NCBI GenBank assembly: GCA_030324005.1
Contig: JARDVH010000031.1
Location: forward strand, 50,309,787-50,373,786
DNA length: 64,000 bases
Reading direction: 5' to 3'
Source of the DNA: Negaprion brevirostris
Lineage: Eukaryota
Below, piece by piece: positions 59,141 through 64,000 of this stretch. The position numbers were made by a program, and so were the translations under genes. The first letter of the stretch is position 1. Each line of letters begins with the position of its first letter. The notes below the pieces were generated by a model, which saw nothing but the letters and a program-made list of their open reading frames with translations, had not been told where the DNA came from and did not search any database.

Positions 59141-61529
59141 CGTCAAACTCTGAATTTTCTTGTCAAACCCTGAACTCAATCCAGTCCGAATTTGCTAGAA
59201 GATTCTTTGCTGCTCTGAGTGAGCATGGTGAGGAAAGGAAAACAAAGGAGCCTAGATTGCTAGCTGGGCCCTGATGACTGCGTTCATCAGAAAAAAAAAC
59301 AAAACTCATCGTCCTCCTGGTACCAAGTGGAGGAAGTCTGCAGCTAAAGTAGACACTGTAAATGGGAGAGGCCACACAGGCAAGGCCAAATTAAGGATGC
59401 CAAGGGCTAGTGGCTGAACTGCACTTGGTGCAAGCAATGATGCAAACAGCAGGGCTTTTTTTTTATGAGTTCAAGTTTACAGAGTGTGCAAAATGGAGGA
59501 TGACCAGGAAAACATACTGGAGTAATCAAGTCGAATAGTACCAAAGGCTTCCAAGCAGCGCTTGTGCTGAAGCACTGGAGCAAAAGATGGGCAATATTAT
59601 GGAGGTGGTCATTGCACATAATGGAGTGGATATGGGGTCAGAAGCTCATCTCAGGGCTAGATAGGACAGCAAGGTGAGGTTCAGCCTGAGATGGCGATCG
59701 AATCAGTGGATAGAAAGCGGAGTCTGGGATGAGGACTGAAGACTTTCACCTTTCTATTATTTAATTGGAGGAAATTTCTGCTCATCCAATACTGGGGGTC
59801 AGATAAGCAGCGTGACAATTAACCAGAAGAAGTGGAATCATATGAAAGAAATGGGTAACTGACAGATTACTGAGCAATATTAAAATAGTTTAGGATGAAG
59901 CGGAGTGACCGAGGGGTTTTATTAGACTTGGCACTTGATATATCCAATCACTGGAAAGCAGCAATTAATAAAGTAAATAGACAGCTGATTTAAAATAATG
60001 TAAATGCTATAGGTTCACATCCATTATGTGAATACATGGGAACAAACTTCAGTTGTAACTCTTTTCAGAACTGCATAAACAGCAGGGCATAATTTGCAAT
60101 GCATATGCAGAGACCGTATGAAAATATTTTACATGTTAGTGTTAGACATTGNNNNNNNNNNGAACAAGATCATGGTCAAAGAGATGGGCCTCACATACCA
60201 ATCAGCAGCATTTACAAATGACAATTAGTGTCTTGAGAATCTGCTGCGCGTGTCTGAATTTGATGTTCTTAGATCCAAGTTCCACCTGACAGCATTGTTT
60301 CAATCTTTGGCAAGAGCTGCGGATAGAAAAGTAATCAGGTAAAAATTATGTCAAGATTAGGAATTTCCACCTGTATCATGTGACAGCCCCAGAGCAAAGC
60401 ACAAGGTATGGAACTGCTGCTCTACCATTACCATATAATTGAAGGTTTTTGAATGACTGTTGTGTTTCTTCCTCTGTGAAATTATTAAGATCTTTTGCAT
60501 GGCAGTGCAGGCTACAATAATCTCAGAGACCTGAGGTGGACTAGATTTTAACATTCCCTTGATCTATCCAAGCATTGGGATCAATGTCCCTGGGTATCAA
60601 TGGTGTGCTTCAGTAACACATAATGAATTTAGTGGTACAGTATATACTGCACACTCAGGAATCCAACCACACATTATAGATTGTAGGTTCTTTCCTCCTT
60701 TTAGCTGCCTTCTAAAATAAATATAATTCAATTACTGGTTTTGCTAAGCAAAGTGTTGGTAAATTTCATGGTAGAAAAAAGTGTGTTCTAAAGATTGGTA
60801 GGTCTGACAAAGATAGCGTAGAATCGGTTACCTCAACATTACTGCAAACTTTAAAGAAACTAACAGAGCTGTCCTTCTCCTGGAACAGGCAATGTATCTG
60901 ACTGGGAATGTACCTACTTCACTTGTGGCATTCTTTCAACAAACATTGTCATGCAGGCAGGTTTTTTGAATAATTTGAGTTCCAAATGTCTGGTGGTTGT
61001 ACATAAAAAGCACCATACAGGTAGATCTTAGAAAGAAAGAACAACACAGCACGGGAAACAGGCCCTTCGGCCCAACGAGCCCACGCCGCCGTCCCATTGT
61101 CAGTNNNNNNNNNNNNNNNNNNNNNNNNNNNNNNNNNNNNNNNNNNNNNNNNNNNNNNNNNNNNNNNNNNNNNNNNNNNNNNNNNNNNNNNNNNNNNNNN
61201 NNNNGTCAGTGAACTTAGAAGAAAGTGATCCTCTTTCCATCTTCTCAAATCCCAAAGCTAGAGTACAATCAGCCAGTCCTCTGCTGCCTGCAGGTTGTGG
61301 GGAGGGGTGTTTAAAAAGGATGTTTAAAATGCAAGCACTGCTGTTCAGCATATCTCTCGTACCCACCCAGCGTACTTCTCCTAATCATCTTCCTTTCCTC
61401 TCAAATATGGATTCAGAGGGGTGCTCTTATAGGATAATTGTAGCTGTAGCTTCAGCTGTACAAACGTGGATTTAACATTGTTTTATAACACTGTCAGAAA
61501 GACAACAGTAATTTTCCCCATTACACAAA

Positions 61530-61640
61530 AGTGAAATATTGCAAAGGCTGGAAATCTGAAATAAAACAGAACACGCTAGAGATATGCAGCAGGTCAGGCA
61601 GCATCTATGGGGAGAGATCAGAATCAATTGCCTGAATCTT
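61530..61640 (+). mobile_element. Penelope terminus fragment
   Basis: GCTGGAAATCTGAAATAAAACAGAAC...CAGCAGGTCAGGCAGCATCTATGG. Confidence 0.6.
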
Positions 61641-61809
61641 CTGAGACCAGGAGAGGTGAACAAGTCAACAAAAACTGCTGATGCAACACTGGGACTCTGA
61701 GGGGATCCTGACACGCACTCACAAGTGCAGTAATTAAGTGGGAAGATTTAAAATCTGCTCAGAAACACAGATCTAAGTAAACCTGCTGGAGTGTTCAGCC
61801 CAACGGATT

Positions 61810-62010
61810 CTGCTCACCTCTCTGCCCCAACATTACTCAAATCCCTCCCAACACTACTCACCACTCCCCTGACACTGCTCACCCCCTCCTGACAATACTC
61901 ACCACAGCCCCCAAACCACTCACTAATCCCAAACACCGCTCACTACCCCCCACACAGCCCAGTCTCTCCAACGATGCTTATCCCCAACAACACCACCCAA
62001 CACTAGTCAC
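61810..62010. repeat. Degenerate ~21-22 bp minisatellite
   Basis: About 9 copies of a unit resembling CTCACC(A/C)CTCCCCAACACT(A/G). Confidence 0.7.
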
Positions 62011-62109
62011 TTCATTCCTGGTCGACCTACAATATGAATTCAGAATCTCTTTAATTTCAACACAGTCCATAGTACTGGGAGTCTCTAAGACAGTACTGGT
62101 TAGGCACTA

Positions 62110-62390
62110 CCTCAAAGGTATTGGAGGGATAATCGAGAAGGAGAGTGCGTGGATCTCAAGTAACTGGCAAAAGAAACGGAAGTGACATGCAGCAAGATAT
62201 TAAGGTCTGGAAAGCACAGTGTTATGGAGGCAGGTTCAATCAAAGCATTCAAAAGGGAATTTAGACGGTTATCTGAAAAGTAAGAATATGCAGGATTTCC
62301 GGGAGTAACAGGGAATGGCACTAAATTGCTCATGCACAGAGCCAGTGCAGACAGGAAAGGCTGATTGACCTCCTGTGCTGTAACAATTCT
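62110..62390 (+). mobile_element. CR1-type LINE 3' fragment
   Basis: GGAGGCAGGTTCAATCAAAGCATTCAAAAGGGAATTTAGA...CCTCCTGTGCTGTAACAATTCTG. Confidence 0.6.
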
Positions 62391-62461
62391 GCAATTCTGT
62401 GAAAAGCATCTGGTCCCATTATGATGAGCAAACTTTTACTTTTGCCTGACTTACTATGATG

Positions 62462-62992
62462 GGGTGGCACAGTGGTTAGCACTGCTGCCTCACAGCGCCA
62501 CGGATCTGGGTTTGATTCCCAACTTGGGTCACTATCTGTGCGGAGTCTGCATGTTCCCCCCATGCCTGCATGGGTTTGCTCCAGTTCTTCTCACAGTCCA
62601 AAAGACGTGCTGGTTAGGTGGTCTGTAATTCTGCTTATGTTTGTAATTCTTTGACCTTTTTCTCTGTATAGCTTGTCCCTCTGNNNNNNNNNNNNNNNNN
62701 NNNNNNNNNNNNNNNNNNNNNNNNNNNNNNNNNNNNNNNNNNNNNNNNNNNNNNNNNNNNNNNNNNNNNNNNNNNNNNNNNNNCGTTCAAGAAGTTGTCT
62801 ACATCATGACTTAAGTAATTGTGAAAAAAAAGTTTAAAATTTATGAATATGAGCATTTACAGTATTTGTAAGCATTGGCTAAATTCTCTCTCAGTGTTCC
62901 TGAACAGGTGTAGGTGTGTGGCAACTAGGGGATTTTCACAGTAACTTCATTGCAATGTTAATGTAAGCCTACTTGTGACACTAATAAACTTT
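62462..62992 (+). mobile_element. V-SINE, tail type B, split by an insertion or gap (about 62622-62875)
   Basis: Head and core to 62621; resumes GCTAAATTCTCTCTCAGTG..GGCAACTAGGGGATTTTCACAGTAACTTCATTGC. Confidence 0.8.
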
Positions 62993-64000
62993 TTAAAAAA
63001 ATTGCTTTAAACCAAGTGTGCAACTTTTGTTCATCTCACCAATTCTTTTTATTAGGGTTGAATTCCTCCATTGTCTCCAAATATGTTTTAAGAGCCATTT
63101 TTCGCTTAGCTATTGAATACAATGTGCACACATAGATCAATCTTTCAAACTGCTCAAACCTCCTCAAAATCAAGTTTGGAAGTTCAAAAAGGTGTGTCAC
63201 ATTGTTTTGTTCAAATGAAGAATAGAAAAGAATTCCATCCTATCCTCATCACTATCTTTCTGCTGTGTATTATACCAAGAGCTATATCTGTGTGCGTGTG
63301 TGTGTGTGTATTCAGCACTAGATGACATGCTCAACTTCGGGTAGCCATATTGAACAACTTTATTTACACGTCCCCAAAAGAGGGCAGTATAACAGAATGT
63401 TCAACTATTACTATGGGTAGGATTTTCTGGTTATCCTCACCCCGGGACTAGAAATTCCTGCACAAGATCAACAGACATGTTTTTAGTCTGTCGAACTCTC
63501 TGTGCCATCCGCAATGATTTCTGTGGTGGGTGGGGCCGGAAGATTCCTGCCTATATATCACATACCAAGATTTCCCTGTTTGATTTTACAGTATTTCTTC
63601 GAAGAAGACAACTATATATAGGTTGTTCTTCAAGAGACAACAAATTTGAATGTAAATGTAACAGCCAATTATATGGAACTTAAAACCTTAATCTCTTATA
63701 GTTGGGACAATGCTAGGTACCCATTGTCCAACCCTTAAATAAAATCATAATGATACTGTTTGAAATACTTTATTCCAGCTAATGTAATTTGAGTTATTCA
63801 ACCCACATAAACAAATAGAGCCCAATTAACCTTATGACTCTGATCTATGTTCTGCCCTTAACCCCTATGCTGAACTCCTCTTATCCATATTTATGCATTA
63901 CAACCAGACTGTCTCCAGCCATGTTTTATTAATGCACCTGTAATAGTCAGCATTTTCACAGCGACAATTGAATAGATTGCCAAGACACAGGGCCGTTTAG

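Noticed and set aside
59140-64000. GPD2 exons (the expected syntenic neighbour)
   Set aside because: No GPD2-like coding sequence or CpG-island promoter is recognisable; the gene probably lies beyond the window.

Overview
Vertebrate genomic DNA, most likely from a shark or other elasmobranch, judged from HE1/V-SINEs, CR1/HER1-type LINE tails, a Deu-domain SINE and Penelope relics. It is a draft assembly with many N gaps. The only well-supported protein-coding gene is NR4A2 (Nurr1) on the minus strand: six coding exons (32071->28637; 858+130+164+203+179+257 = 1791 nt, 596 aa), two 5'UTR exons, a CRE/CCAAT/CATAAA promoter near 34.6-34.8 kb and a 3'UTR running to about 27.35 kb. Upstream are two further half-CRE/MEF2 clusters (~35.5 kb, and a CpG island at ~46.7-47.3 kb that looks like a distal alternative promoter) and a tRNA-Ala(CGC)/tRNA-Gly(GCC) pair at 58.25-58.74 kb. 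From memory, that pair matches the one between human NR4A2 and GPD2. The rest is gene-desert sequence with retroposons, MITE-like elements and candidate conserved non-coding elements. I found no clearly new multi-gene system. The best leads are regulatory: the syntenic tRNA pair, the distal promoter with its adjacent repeat, a two-uORF 5' leader, a shifted cryptic acceptor in exon 7, and clustered miRNA seeds in the distal 3'UTR. Every comparison with human sequence is from recall, not from a search.
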